Shown: positions 39,186 through 48,055 of the stretch, one piece after another
Numbering within the stretch: the stretch's first letter is position 1
Layout: every line of letters begins with the position of its first letter
Virus genome (UHGV): UHGV-0011358
Source of the DNA: a virus
DNA: 56,349 nt
Reading direction: 5' to 3' (one strand)
Program-made: the position numbers and the translations under genes
Notes under the pieces: model-generated
Told to the model about the DNA's origin: nothing
The model's input: only the letters and a program-made list of their open reading frames with translations
Databases searched by the model: none

Positions 39186-39386
39186 TTACTTGTTCCCCAT
39201 TCGCGCGTCGTGTTCCTCTTGCGCTCGCTTGTTCTCCTGTGATTTGAAGTAATAATTAACGGCAAATGTGCCTACGGTTGATAAGATACCAACGAAAACA
39301 GCGACGTCATTGATGGTTATCGCGCCGAAAAAAGCAGTTACGGCCCCAGTCACATACGCACACGCCTCCCGTATTCTGTCGAACAT
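39186..39386 (-). CDS. class II holin (pinholin-like)
   Basis: 66 aa, two TM segments, charged C-terminus; immediately upstream of SAR endolysin. Confidence 0.7.
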   Translation of the reverse strand: MFDRIREACAYVTGAVTAFFGAITINDVAVFVGILSTVGTFAVNYYFKSQENKRAQEEHDARMGNK

Positions 39387-39400
39387 AGATTTTCCTCCAA

Positions 39401-39428
39401 CAAAGCAAAAACCCGGCGCGGGGCCGGG
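39401..39428 (-). terminator. rho-independent terminator just upstream of holin (tR'-like position)
   Basis: CCCGGC-loop-GCCGGG hairpin with T-run on minus strand, 15 nt before the holin RBS. Confidence 0.5.
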
Positions 39429-39468
39429 TAGTTACAGTTTCGCATTGTTGTAAATATGCTAATCTTTT

Positions 39469-40167
39469 TTATTTTTCATTGCAATATTGCGCAGTTTCCG
39501 TGTCAAATATGCGACACCGAAAAAATGAACATCCCAACTCCTCTTCAATACGGCGCTGACGTATAGCGTCAGATGCCTCCTGGCTTTTATGATGCCCTTC
39601 GTCAATTTCTACGGCGATATTATTTACCGGATCATAACCATCTATCCGGTATTCCAATACCTTATATTGTCTAATTAGCTTAACACCAACCAATTGTTCA
39701 TACATGCATAAAGCGCCGTGCTCAATTCTGGCAAACGCCTCATTGCCGTAAGGTCTATTATTCTCAATACCACACAACCACGCATCATAAGCAGCGGCCA
39801 CATCTTTTGTTGCGTAAGTCTTACTGCCTATAACTTTTGTGCTGTCTTTGTATATCCACCCACGACGTTGCAACCAAAGATAAGGACGACGCGACTCGGG
39901 CGCATCGTGATTCCTCCATATATCTGTAAGGCAGACAAGTGACGATACTTTAGTCAATGACCTGGCCAACCAGCCGCCATACTCATTTGCCACATATTGC
40001 GGAGCAAAATACCCGCGAGCAGCGCTCCCTTTTTTCCCTATCCGTCGCAACTCACACTTATCTTGATATTCCTCACCGCTTTTGCTATTCAACCAGCAAG
40101 CTGGGGAATAACCTTTCTCGCTTCCGAATTTATGCCATATTGATGACAATAAAACCATTTCTTCCAT
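39469..40167 (-). CDS. hypothetical protein, possible restriction-endonuclease-like C-terminal domain
   Basis: 232 aa; C-terminal NIAVEIDEGHH...RQRRIEEELGCSFFRC resembles Vsr/DUF559-type endonuclease folds. Confidence 0.45.
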   Translation of the reverse strand: MEEMVLLSSIWHKFGSEKGYSPACWLNSKSGEEYQDKCELRRIGKKGSAARGYFAPQYVANEYGGWLARSLTKVSSLVCLTDIWRNHDAPESRRPYLWLQRRGWIYKDSTKVIGSKTYATKDVAAAYDAWLCGIENNRPYGNEAFARIEHGALCMYEQLVGVKLIRQYKVLEYRIDGYDPVNNIAVEIDEGHHKSQEASDAIRQRRIEEELGCSFFRCRIFDTETAQYCNEK

Positions 40168-40395
40168 ATTGCCCCCAATAAATAAAACCCGCCGAAGCGG
40201 GTCCTGTTTGCGCTCTACAAATACGGCTTTATGCAGTTCTGTATATCAGGCCGTTATCAAGCAATGTTTGCATGTGTTCGCGATCCATGCCGCTTGATTC
40301 CCAATATTTATTGCCCGCGCTTTGTATCAACACCCTATCACCTTTAACCAAGTAAGCGAAGGTAAATAACTTGTGCAAATAGATACCGTCTTCAA

Positions 40396-40632
40396 TCATT
40401 TCTCGCGCTCCTTAATAGCTCGCTTGATCTGCACTACCGTAGCATCAAAGAAAGCGAGAAAAACCAATACAGGCCAGAAAGGGATCTCAAATCCGCAACG
40501 GTCAGCCTCGCTAACCTTAATAAAACATGACATCAGGATAGCGCCAGCGATATAAAGCAAAACAATAACAGCAATAAGGCACTCAATCATCATCATCGTC
40601 CTCGTCGTCATGTTCGGCCATGAAATCATCAA
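40396..40632 (-). CDS. small membrane protein (cargo block)
   Basis: 78 aa with two hydrophobic segments. Confidence 0.4.
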   Translation of the reverse strand: MMISWPNMTTRTMMMIECLIAVIVLLYIAGAILMSCFIKVSEADRCGFEIPFWPVLVFLAFFDATVVQIKRAIKEREK

Positions 40633-40843
40633 CGTCGCGGTAAGTTATCGGCGGGATGTATTCGAAATCATCAGAATCAAGATCAAGCGTCCTGCTGTCG
40701 CCGTCGTCGTCCATCGTATTCATCCCTAACTCACCGAAAGGGCCATACCCAATATGGCCCAGGTATTCGCATCCAGTAGTAAAGCCAGGGTATTCGCCTT
40801 TGCACCTGATCTTGTATAGCTTACTTGATGCGCTCAATTTCAA
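40583..40843 (-). CDS. hypothetical acidic protein (cargo block)
   Basis: 86 aa; poly-Asp/Glu C-terminus. Confidence 0.4.
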   Translation of the reverse strand: MKLSASSKLYKIRCKGEYPGFTTGCEYLGHIGYGPFGELGMNTMDDDGDSRTLDLDSDDFEYIPPITYRDVDDFMAEHDDEDDDDD

Positions 40844-41144
40844 TTCCCCCTTCTACCCCTTCAGTCATTTTGTATTCCGCAAACAGTTCAGCGCCAAGTA
40901 ATTCGACATCAGCATCACCAATACCAGGGAACGCCAGATAAGCAAAAATAAGGCTTTTAATTCTATTCAGGTCTTCAAGATGGTCTGCATTAAAAGGCGG
41001 TTCAGCTACATGGAAGCACTTGACGTTAGCTTCGTCGTCAGTTGCCACGCGGAAACATGCGCCAGATTGTCCGGCGAATTGTCCCAATCTTTCTTCGTTC
41101 GGAAAAGTACCACGAAAAACTTTAACACTGACAAATTTAGACAT
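40821..41144 (-). CDS. hypothetical protein (cargo block)
   Basis: 107 aa ORF. Confidence 0.4.
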   Translation of the reverse strand: MSKFVSVKVFRGTFPNEERLGQFAGQSGACFRVATDDEANVKCFHVAEPPFNADHLEDLNRIKSLIFAYLAFPGIGDADVELLGAELFAEYKMTEGVEGGIEIERIK

Positions 41145-41167
41145 TTGTTATTCTCCTTCGTAATAAA

Positions 41168-41557
41168 TTAAAATTCTGCACCAGGTAAGCTACGCGCTTT
41201 ATTTACCGCATCGTGTTTTAACGATAAACCAGCGTGATAATTCATAATCCCCATATTACCAACCGGTATTTCATTATTTTCTGCCTTTATTCTTAACAAC
41301 TGGTTTTTAGTGAAGATCCTGTCTCCATCAGTGATATATAACCAGTCGCCGCGCTTACCAACAACAACATGAGATCTGCCTAAGCTGTCTTTAAATTCAT
41401 AATTGCAGAAAACATCACCTTTAGGAACTTCAACAAAACAGCACGCAATGAACTTATTGCTTTTCATGATTTTGCCCATCCGCCTTTCTGTGCTCATATA
41501 TAACAAAACGGCGCTGCCTGAACAATGCCATTTCGTATACATTGTGATACTAGTCAC
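41168..41557 (-). CDS. hypothetical protein (cargo block)
   Basis: 129 aa ORF; start uncertain. Confidence 0.4.
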   Translation of the reverse strand: MTSITMYTKWHCSGSAVLLYMSTERRMGKIMKSNKFIACCFVEVPKGDVFCNYEFKDSLGRSHVVVGKRGDWLYITDGDRIFTKNQLLRIKAENNEIPVGNMGIMNYHAGLSLKHDAVNKARSLPGAEF

Positions 41558-41578
41558 ATTTTGCGCAATTAACTTTTA

Positions 41579-41845
41579 TCAGAAAACACCTTTATAATCG
41601 ACCGTGTATTTTGCCACTAATTTCCAGTCACAATAGTTTTCCATGTCGCGCGGTTGCCAGCCTTTCATACCAACAGCACTTCGCGCAGCGTGGCGGCGAC
41701 AGTTGTCGTTAAGATCTACAACACACCACGACTGAAGCACAAACATGTATCCAGCCTCGTTAACCAGGATCGCCATCTGCTTTCCTGTTGCCTTATCTTT
41801 TGCCCGGAAATAACTTACCCTGATTTTCATTTTTAATAACCTCAA
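41579..41845 (-). CDS. hypothetical protein (cargo block)
   Basis: 88 aa ORF. Confidence 0.4.
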   Translation of the reverse strand: MRLLKMKIRVSYFRAKDKATGKQMAILVNEAGYMFVLQSWCVVDLNDNCRRHAARSAVGMKGWQPRDMENYCDWKLVAKYTVDYKGVF

Positions 41846-42041
41846 TCAACATTTCTTCTTCCAGGTTGGCAGGACGTTTACGGAATATGCCAGCAAAAAC
41901 CAAATCGTCCAGGTGCCCCCTGGTGCAAAACAGCTTTTCTTCCCTAACCCCATCAGAATCGCACCTGTAAGTCTTATCGTTGATCAGAAAGTAAAAGCTA
42001 CAGAATGAAGGGGCCAGGTAAACATCTTCGTAAACGTCCAT
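41793..42041 (-). CDS. hypothetical protein (cargo block)
   Basis: 82 aa ORF. Confidence 0.35.
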   Translation of the reverse strand: MDVYEDVYLAPSFCSFYFLINDKTYRCDSDGVREEKLFCTRGHLDDLVFAGIFRKRPANLEEEMLIEVIKNENQGKLFPGKR

Positions 42042-42045
42042 GATG

Positions 42046-42288
42046 TTAACCCTCGACTACTTCCAGCCCGCGCCCCTTATCGCCAACGAAGTCGCCCAGG
42101 CTGAACATATACGACCATGCCGGATTTATGTAATGGTCATCAGCGCCAGCGGCGATTAAATCAGCACCGTTAATCATGCAAGTGACATCATCGCTATGAA
42201 CGACATTAACGACCTTACCAACAACCTGTTTCAATGACGGATAACCGTGATCGTGCAAGAATTTAACTTTCATTCCCCTGTCTCCCAA
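42046..42288 (-). CDS. hypothetical protein (cargo block)
   Basis: 80 aa ORF. Confidence 0.4.
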   Translation of the reverse strand: MGDRGMKVKFLHDHGYPSLKQVVGKVVNVVHSDDVTCMINGADLIAAGADDHYINPAWSYMFSLGDFVGDKGRGLEVVEG

Positions 42289-42548
42289 CGGCCCATACTG
42301 ATTAAAAAGTCCCGGATAGCGTGGCGCTCGTCGCGCGTTGGTTTGCGCTTACGGTAAATCCTGAAATCGAACCATGCTTTTTCCTGCTCAAAATCCAGGT
42401 CGTAAGCAAGCGCCTCAATGTAACCGCATTCGTGATACTGGTACGCCACGCCAGCACGAACAAAAAAGCGGGTTTTATCCCGCTTGTGCTCATAGATACG
42501 CATATTCACCCCGTTAAGCAGTTGTGTAGCTGTCCACCAGCTTTTCAT
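42270..42548 (-). CDS. hypothetical protein (cargo block)
   Basis: 92 aa ORF. Confidence 0.4.
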   Translation of the reverse strand: MKSWWTATQLLNGVNMRIYEHKRDKTRFFVRAGVAYQYHECGYIEALAYDLDFEQEKAWFDFRIYRKRKPTRDERHAIRDFLISMGRWETGE

Positions 42549-42744
42549 CTTTCATTCTGGCAAGCTGTGCGATGTTCATCGTGTAGCCGCCTTCAGAGAA
42601 AAACCACTCCGCCGTTCTGCGACGAAAAGAAATATCATCATGGTTGCGCGTCCATGTAGCGATCACCACGCGCTTTCCGTCAGTGGCAAACATAGATAAT
42701 TCATTATCAACTACGTCGATAGCCTGCCAGATTTTTAGCTCCAT
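42514..42744 (-). CDS. hypothetical protein (cargo block)
   Basis: 76 aa ORF. Confidence 0.4.
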   Translation of the reverse strand: MELKIWQAIDVVDNELSMFATDGKRVVIATWTRNHDDISFRRRTAEWFFSEGGYTMNIAQLARMKDEKLVDSYTTA

Positions 42745-43100
42745 GATTTATCTCCGTAGATCTTGAATAGTTCACACGCTTCCTGATTTTCCAATATATT
42801 CATATGCAGGTCACGCAGGCGGCGCATTGTGCGGAATCGTGGCCTGAACTCCTGGCTGCGTTTAATGTATTTGCCGCCAATTGAATAAATATGCCCGTAT
42901 GCGTACCATCTGTTACCTACCCATATATCATATTCTTTTCCTTCGTAATTAAATTTTATCGTTAGCTCGCCTACTTCAACTATTAATCCTTTATCAATGA
43001 TGTCATTTAACATTTCATCCCATTCTTTCAGGAATGGTTGTTGATACATGCCAAAAACTGTATTTGCAGCATGGCAAAGATAATCAATGATTATTTGCAT
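42735..43100 (-). CDS. hypothetical protein (cargo block)
   Basis: 121 aa ORF. Confidence 0.4.
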   Translation of the reverse strand: MQIIIDYLCHAANTVFGMYQQPFLKEWDEMLNDIIDKGLIVEVGELTIKFNYEGKEYDIWVGNRWYAYGHIYSIGGKYIKRSQEFRPRFRTMRRLRDLHMNILENQEACELFKIYGDKSWS

Positions 43101-43104
43101 GTTA

Positions 43105-43317
43105 TCACCACATCATATAATAAACGTTCTCATCAGCTAACATGTCAGCTACATCCTGCGTCATGTGCTTGGCATCAAGGAAATAGTCCTCGCTATGCCA
43201 TTCTCTTACAAGCATTCGCGCCCATTTACGGCGCTGGCGCTTATTGCGACGCAAATCATCAAAAGCCTTTAATGCTTTGTCATATGCCCTTACAAGGCGC
43301 TTACGGTTACTTTTCAT
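43105..43317 (-). CDS. hypothetical basic protein (cargo block)
   Basis: 70 aa; Arg/Lys-rich. Confidence 0.4.
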   Translation of the reverse strand: MKSNRKRLVRAYDKALKAFDDLRRNKRQRRKWARMLVREWHSEDYFLDAKHMTQDVADMLADENVYYMMW

Positions 43318-43576
43318 TGCTATGATCCTGTAAACAGTCGTTATAGCCTTCGATGTATCCGGTTAATCCAGTGTTGCTAACTGACCAATCAGCCGAACGG
43401 CGCTTGATGGCCTTGTCCATAGTCATAGCATCAACCGGATCTGTTAAGTCTATATATTTCCGCAATTCAGTAACTATTACCGCCCTTAATTGTTGTGCAT
43501 TTGAGTACGTCCTTGCTTTGTCAGTTATTCCGTTTATAAGCTCCCTAAATTCATGATCCTTTAATTTAGGCTTCAT
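43307..43576 (-). CDS. hypothetical protein (cargo block)
   Basis: About 89 aa from ATG 43576. Confidence 0.4.
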   Translation of the reverse strand: MKPKLKDHEFRELINGITDKARTYSNAQQLRAVIVTELRKYIDLTDPVDAMTMDKAIKRRSADWSVSNTGLTGYIEGYNDCLQDHSNEK

Positions 43577-43769
43577 TGTCGTTTCTCCGTCCGTAAATAT
43601 GAACAGGCTCAATTGGCACGGCTGGTAATTCACCTTCGTTTAATGCGCTTGCCATGCCCAATATTAAACGCGCTTCAGCACCGGTAACTTTCTTGCACCA
43701 TGCACCGCCCGTTTTATCTTCGAACAAGATAACAGCAAACTGATCGTTTATTTCCAGCTTATCCATCAT
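43566..43769 (-). CDS. hypothetical protein (cargo block)
   Basis: 67 aa ORF directly downstream of Q. Confidence 0.4.
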   Translation of the reverse strand: MMDKLEINDQFAVILFEDKTGGAWCKKVTGAEARLILGMASALNEGELPAVPIEPVHIYGRRNDNEA

Positions 43770-44488
43770 TCACCCCGTGTCACTCGTTTGATTTCGTTGT
43801 CAGCCCGCGCCTCTTCTTTGAACAATTCGGCAATGGCGTCTTCATAGAAAGCGCGGTACTTCTTCCACCATGTTGATCGGCTTACCGGAAAAACAAGCTG
43901 ATTAACCGCCTGCCGGACAAGATCTACAGGGAAACGCGAGTACCCGCGCCCGCCGCAGTGCTGGCACGTTTTGAATACTGGCATTTCCGCCGCTTCGCTG
44001 GCTGTTTTATCCGGTATCTCGCCACGACCCTTGCATTGTTTACAATGATTGCGAACTGTCCCATGCCCCTTGCATTTTTTGCAAAGGTGTTTTTCTCCGT
44101 ATTCGTCAAACGTAAATTTATATCCGCCGCACTCCATACAAGTTTTTTCCGTCGCGGCGCTTTGGCAATAATCCCGAAACGCGAAAACGGCAACAAGAAT
44201 AATGAGATCATTGCGTTTGGCCTCGTCCAGTTCCATAACGTATTCATAATCTTTTGCCATAGCCCTTAAACGCTCTGTAAGCAAAACTACGGCCTTATGT
44301 TTTTCGGCTTGTGATAGTTCCATCTTCCCTAAAAAAGCGCTATAACCAAGCTCTACGCGCGATTGCGCCATACCTGCGGCAGTTAGTGCATCCGTAGTAT
44401 TAAACGCATCCGGGGACGTGCCCCGACTTTCATCTGATAAACGCGGTGATTTTGGGAAGTGGAATTTGAGAATTGATTCCAAATTCAT
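43766..44488 (-). CDS. Q: late-gene antiterminator Q
   Basis: N-terminus MNLESILKFHFPKSP and Cys-rich zinc-finger region match lambda Q by eye. Confidence 0.85.
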   Translation of the reverse strand: MNLESILKFHFPKSPRLSDESRGTSPDAFNTTDALTAAGMAQSRVELGYSAFLGKMELSQAEKHKAVVLLTERLRAMAKDYEYVMELDEAKRNDLIILVAVFAFRDYCQSAATEKTCMECGGYKFTFDEYGEKHLCKKCKGHGTVRNHCKQCKGRGEIPDKTASEAAEMPVFKTCQHCGGRGYSRFPVDLVRQAVNQLVFPVSRSTWWKKYRAFYEDAIAELFKEEARADNEIKRVTRGE

Positions 44489-44670
44489 TATTTGCCCCCG
44501 TAACGCGCAACAAGTTTCTTGCGATCAGATATTGCCTGCACCAACTTTCTTTCAAGCTCTTTAAGCGCAAGCAATTCTCGCATGTGGAAAGCCTGTATTT
44601 GTCGCACAGTCTCTAAATCATGCTCATCGCGCTGAATATCTATTTGCAGATCTTTAATTTCGTTTTTCAT
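44488..44670 (-). CDS. hypothetical small coiled-coil protein
   Basis: 60 aa ORF between rusA and Q. Confidence 0.4.
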   Translation of the reverse strand: MKNEIKDLQIDIQRDEHDLETVRQIQAFHMRELLALKELERKLVQAISDRKKLVARYGGK

Positions 44671-44673
44671 TTG

Positions 44674-45075
44674 TCACCCCCACATATTAGTTTCGTATTC
44701 ACCAATATCCGGTAACAGGTCGCCGCGTTCGCGTACCTTAATAAACAATCGCCCGCCCTTTACCTTCCGGCAGCGTACAAACTTCATTACGTCAACCTGG
44801 CTGTCATCGGCCCAAAAACCGGAATAAGTTATAGCGTCAAACAATGCTTTCCCCACATTATCAATATCACGGCGGCGGGCGTCTGGCGGGGCAATATACA
44901 CGGTTATTGATAATCTGCATTGAAGACTTATATCAAGATTGAGTAGCTCTATAATATCCTTCACCTGCTCCCTGTATTCTTTACCTTCCTTGCTTATGTA
45001 GTTAACTCCCCTGGCGTGGCGGTAATATTTATTCGCCGTTGGCGGATACGGAAGTGTCATAGTGTATTCGTTCAT
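44674..45075 (-). CDS. rusA: RusA Holliday junction resolvase
   Basis: MNEYTMTLPYPP...KYYRH and DIDN motif match RusA by eye. Confidence 0.8.
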   Translation of the reverse strand: MNEYTMTLPYPPTANKYYRHARGVNYISKEGKEYREQVKDIIELLNLDISLQCRLSITVYIAPPDARRRDIDNVGKALFDAITYSGFWADDSQVDVMKFVRCRKVKGGRLFIKVRERGDLLPDIGEYETNMWG

Positions 45076-45556
45076 TTCTGTCACCATGTCCAGAGTGAAA
45101 ATTATATTTTATCTCTGCTTCCTCTCTTGCTTTAACAGCATCGCTAAAGCTATCAAAATACCCTAAATTATAAAGCACCCCTTTAACTCTTATATATGAA
45201 TGCCATTTACTTAACGGCTTATACCAACGAACACCGACCCTACCACTCTTATTTCTTGAGCTTAAACTAGCATTTTTCATGTTTTCTTCATGAGTTACTA
45301 ACCTTAAATTTTCTATTCTGTTGTTATATGGTATATGGTCCAAATGATCTATCTCGTAACCTTTAGGAATCGGGCCGTTAAACATTTCCCAAATAATACA
45401 ATGGCAAAGATGATGTTTATACTTGTACATCACCCTTACATAACCTATCCCAAATCTATTTCCGGCGATGTCACCTTTATTGACGTTCCCGCTAGGTTTT
45501 ATTTTCCAGTATAAGGTTCCGTCGTTGTATTCAAATATATCATGCCAATTAATCAT
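45029..45556 (-). CDS. HNH homing endonuclease (HNH plus AP2-like)
   Basis: EIDHLDHIPYNNRIENLRLVTHEEN; paralog of 2887-3393, 46550-47077, 51515-51979. Confidence 0.75.
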   Translation of the reverse strand: MINWHDIFEYNDGTLYWKIKPSGNVNKGDIAGNRFGIGYVRVMYKYKHHLCHCIIWEMFNGPIPKGYEIDHLDHIPYNNRIENLRLVTHEENMKNASLSSRNKSGRVGVRWYKPLSKWHSYIRVKGVLYNLGYFDSFSDAVKAREEAEIKYNFHSGHGDRNERIHYDTSVSANGE

Positions 45557-46158
45557 GCTACCTTTCTCCTTAAGGCGTCCAATTTCGCCTGATAGACTTT
45601 TATGATCTCCTTACATTCTTCTATCGTCCATTTGTGAGTTTCGTTGTTGTTCTCCAGCGCCACCACCCTGGCGAGGCCAATTTTTCGAATCAGCGCCGGG
45701 CGATACCCTCCGATGTTGCCGTCTAGTGTCTGGTTGCAGTGCCTACATTGCTTGTGGACGTTATCTTCATTGAAGCGAAGGTGTCCGGCGGCGGCTACAG
45801 TCCTATAATGGCCCGCATCGTATCCGCATTGCTCACCGTAATAAGTCCCGCAGGATATACACGGCAAACTCGCGTCACGCTCGCGGATATAGGCATTAAA
45901 TACCGCTTGCGCCTGCTTTAACCAATAGCTACGCGGATTTAACTGCTTCCGCTTTCGGTTGCGTTCATCACGCTGGCTATCACGGCGTTTCTTCCGTTCC
46001 ATAGCCTTCATAGCCTTCTCACGGTCGCGGCATAGCTGATCAAATTTCAGTTCTTCCAGACATTCATCGCTGCACCACGTTTGATTATGGTATTTAGGCT
46101 CAAAAAAAACGCCGCAGCATTTGCAACGGCGTCTTATGGGTTTTTTAGGGTTTTGCAT
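45553..46158 (-). CDS. ninG: NinG-like recombination protein
   Basis: Strong by-eye match to lambda NinG (RRCK...CSxEC, YWxKQAQxxxNAxIRERD, GHYRTxAAA, RFNExNxHKQC). Confidence 0.85.
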   Translation of the reverse strand: MQNPKKPIRRRCKCCGVFFEPKYHNQTWCSDECLEELKFDQLCRDREKAMKAMERKKRRDSQRDERNRKRKQLNPRSYWLKQAQAVFNAYIRERDASLPCISCGTYYGEQCGYDAGHYRTVAAAGHLRFNEDNVHKQCRHCNQTLDGNIGGYRPALIRKIGLARVVALENNNETHKWTIEECKEIIKVYQAKLDALRRKVA

Positions 46159-46171
46159 AAAAACCACCCCG

Positions 46172-46348
46172 ATTATTTTTGATTCTCTGTTTCGTTCAGC
46201 CTTTCGGCGTGTCCGGCCCTTAGCCAATGTTCTAAGCATTCGTTGCACTCGTTACAGCCTCCTTTCTTCGTGCTGCATACATTGCACATTGCACGCATGA
46301 CGCTCTCTCGTTCATAGTCGTCATGCCATTGGTAATTATCAAAAGTCA
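46172..46348 (-). CDS. small Cys-rich ORF (zinc-ribbon-like)
   Basis: About 58 aa with CxxC...CxxC, not in track; coordinates approximate. Confidence 0.3.
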
Positions 46349-46549
46349 TAATGCTCTCTCCTTTTCAGGTGATTTCTACGCATTTCAGCGCTGCCGGATT
46401 TTTAAAGAGCATTTTGTTTGCTTGAAGTATACAAAATGGATACACCAGAACAAGGCGAAAAGCGCCATTATGTGATCCATATCACACAATGACGCCATTT
46501 TGTAAACTTCAGTCCGGTAAAACGCTGGCGTGGTTAGCTAAAAGCTGTT

Positions 46550-47077
46550 CTATTTGCCGTGATTTTCATGATAGCCATACTCTTTTTCAGCGTCTAGCCG
46601 CGCTTTTATCGCGTCATTAATATTAGAAAAACACCCTATATAAACTCTATCACCTCTCTTGCCTCCACCTATTCTAACAACCCATTTACCATGTTTATTT
46701 TTATGGATACCAGAATATCCGCTGGTATTGTTTACCATTAAAGACATGTTGCGCATATTATCTTTATGGTCTTTTAATCCAAGATTGACGGCTCGATTAT
46801 CTGTTTTAACGTGATTTATATGATCAACCTCCTTACCTTCAGGTATTGGTCCATAGTACATCTCGTAACATATTCTATGCACCTTTAAATTATAACGCTT
46901 TCCACCCACGGTAAGCGCTGTATTAAGATACCCACCGCTTCCGCCAATATGCCCAACTTCATGACCAGCATTACACGCATTCCATTGTTTACGCCTTGAT
47001 TCTTCTATGTCATTTCTATATTTCCAGTACAACTTACCTGTGTCTGGATTGTATATAAAATAATCATCCCAATTCAT
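46550..47077 (-). CDS. HNH homing endonuclease (HNH plus AP2-like)
   Basis: EVDHINHVKTDNRAVNL motif; paralog family. Confidence 0.75.
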   Translation of the reverse strand: MNWDDYFIYNPDTGKLYWKYRNDIEESRRKQWNACNAGHEVGHIGGSGGYLNTALTVGGKRYNLKVHRICYEMYYGPIPEGKEVDHINHVKTDNRAVNLGLKDHKDNMRNMSLMVNNTSGYSGIHKNKHGKWVVRIGGGKRGDRVYIGCFSNINDAIKARLDAEKEYGYHENHGK

Positions 47078-47607
47078 TTTCTACCCTCAAACGTGAAATA
47101 GCGGCGCATGATGATAGTAATCACCGTTACCGCTGCCATTTTTGAGATGAATTGCATAGCTGATATTTCCGGCATAAACGCCATAAACGATAGCGTAGGA
47201 AAAATTAACGCATCACCAATGGCGGACGCTATATTTGCAGGCCAACGTTTAGAATCAAAGTCACCAGGTAAAACCCGGTAAACGCCGCCAGAAATAAGCG
47301 CACCGGAAACAACCGCGACGAATGACGCGATCGCCACCATCCCGGCGTCGTAATTTATCAGCACCGTGATTGCGCCAGCGGCGGCGCATGTTGTAGCCGA
47401 CCATTTCAGGCCGCCGTCGTATAAAAGAAAGTCACGGATCATCATATTTACACACACTGCGGCTACCGTAGTGATAGGAATTACCCACGGGCCGCAATGG
47501 TTAACAATAAGGTTGATGATCACGAAAACGGCGACATAAACGCAGGCCAGTAACCTGTCAATTGCCACCTTTTCCATTTGGCTATCCCTCTTCTGACTGA
47601 TACCCAA
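47074..47607 (-). CDS. multi-pass membrane protein (possible VUT/YhhQ-like)
   Basis: 177 aa, several TM helices; loose pattern similarity to queuosine-precursor transporters. Confidence 0.45.
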   Translation of the reverse strand: MGISQKRDSQMEKVAIDRLLACVYVAVFVIINLIVNHCGPWVIPITTVAAVCVNMMIRDFLLYDGGLKWSATTCAAAGAITVLINYDAGMVAIASFVAVVSGALISGGVYRVLPGDFDSKRWPANIASAIGDALIFPTLSFMAFMPEISAMQFISKMAAVTVITIIMRRYFTFEGRK

Positions 47608-48055
47608 AATTCAAATCAAGCAAATCAGTAGTGCAACGACATTGAGGGTTAATCTCTGAAGAGCCATTACGGAATGTTATAACCCCATCATTTATTATTC
47701 CATCATTAATATTGGCGGCAGTGAACTGATTTTTCTTTTGCTCATTCTCCCGATCATTTAATATTTGCTCCGCTTTTAGTGCGCTGTAGCTGATTAAGTC
47801 AACCAAAGTATCAGTAGGGTCAGAACCATTAGCCAAAATTGCCTCTAAACGCGCCTCCTTAAGACAAATCAACAGATCCCATACATCAAGTGGGGTTAAA
47901 TTTGCGCCCTTCTTAGCGTTGTAAATGGTGGCTATTTTTGGCGCTGATTTTTCTTCTTTTCTGTCGTAGCCGTTTTGTTTACCTCTTTGCTCTATTGTTT
48001 CTGCTGCAAGTCGTAATAAATCTGCTGCACTAGTCATTTTCTGCACCTCTTGCAT
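47582..48055 (-). CDS. hypothetical protein
   Basis: 157 aa ORF tightly packed between the membrane protein and methyltransferase genes. Confidence 0.45.
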   Translation of the reverse strand: MQEVQKMTSAADLLRLAAETIEQRGKQNGYDRKEEKSAPKIATIYNAKKGANLTPLDVWDLLICLKEARLEAILANGSDPTDTLVDLISYSALKAEQILNDRENEQKKNQFTAANINDGIINDGVITFRNGSSEINPQCRCTTDLLDLNFGYQSEEG

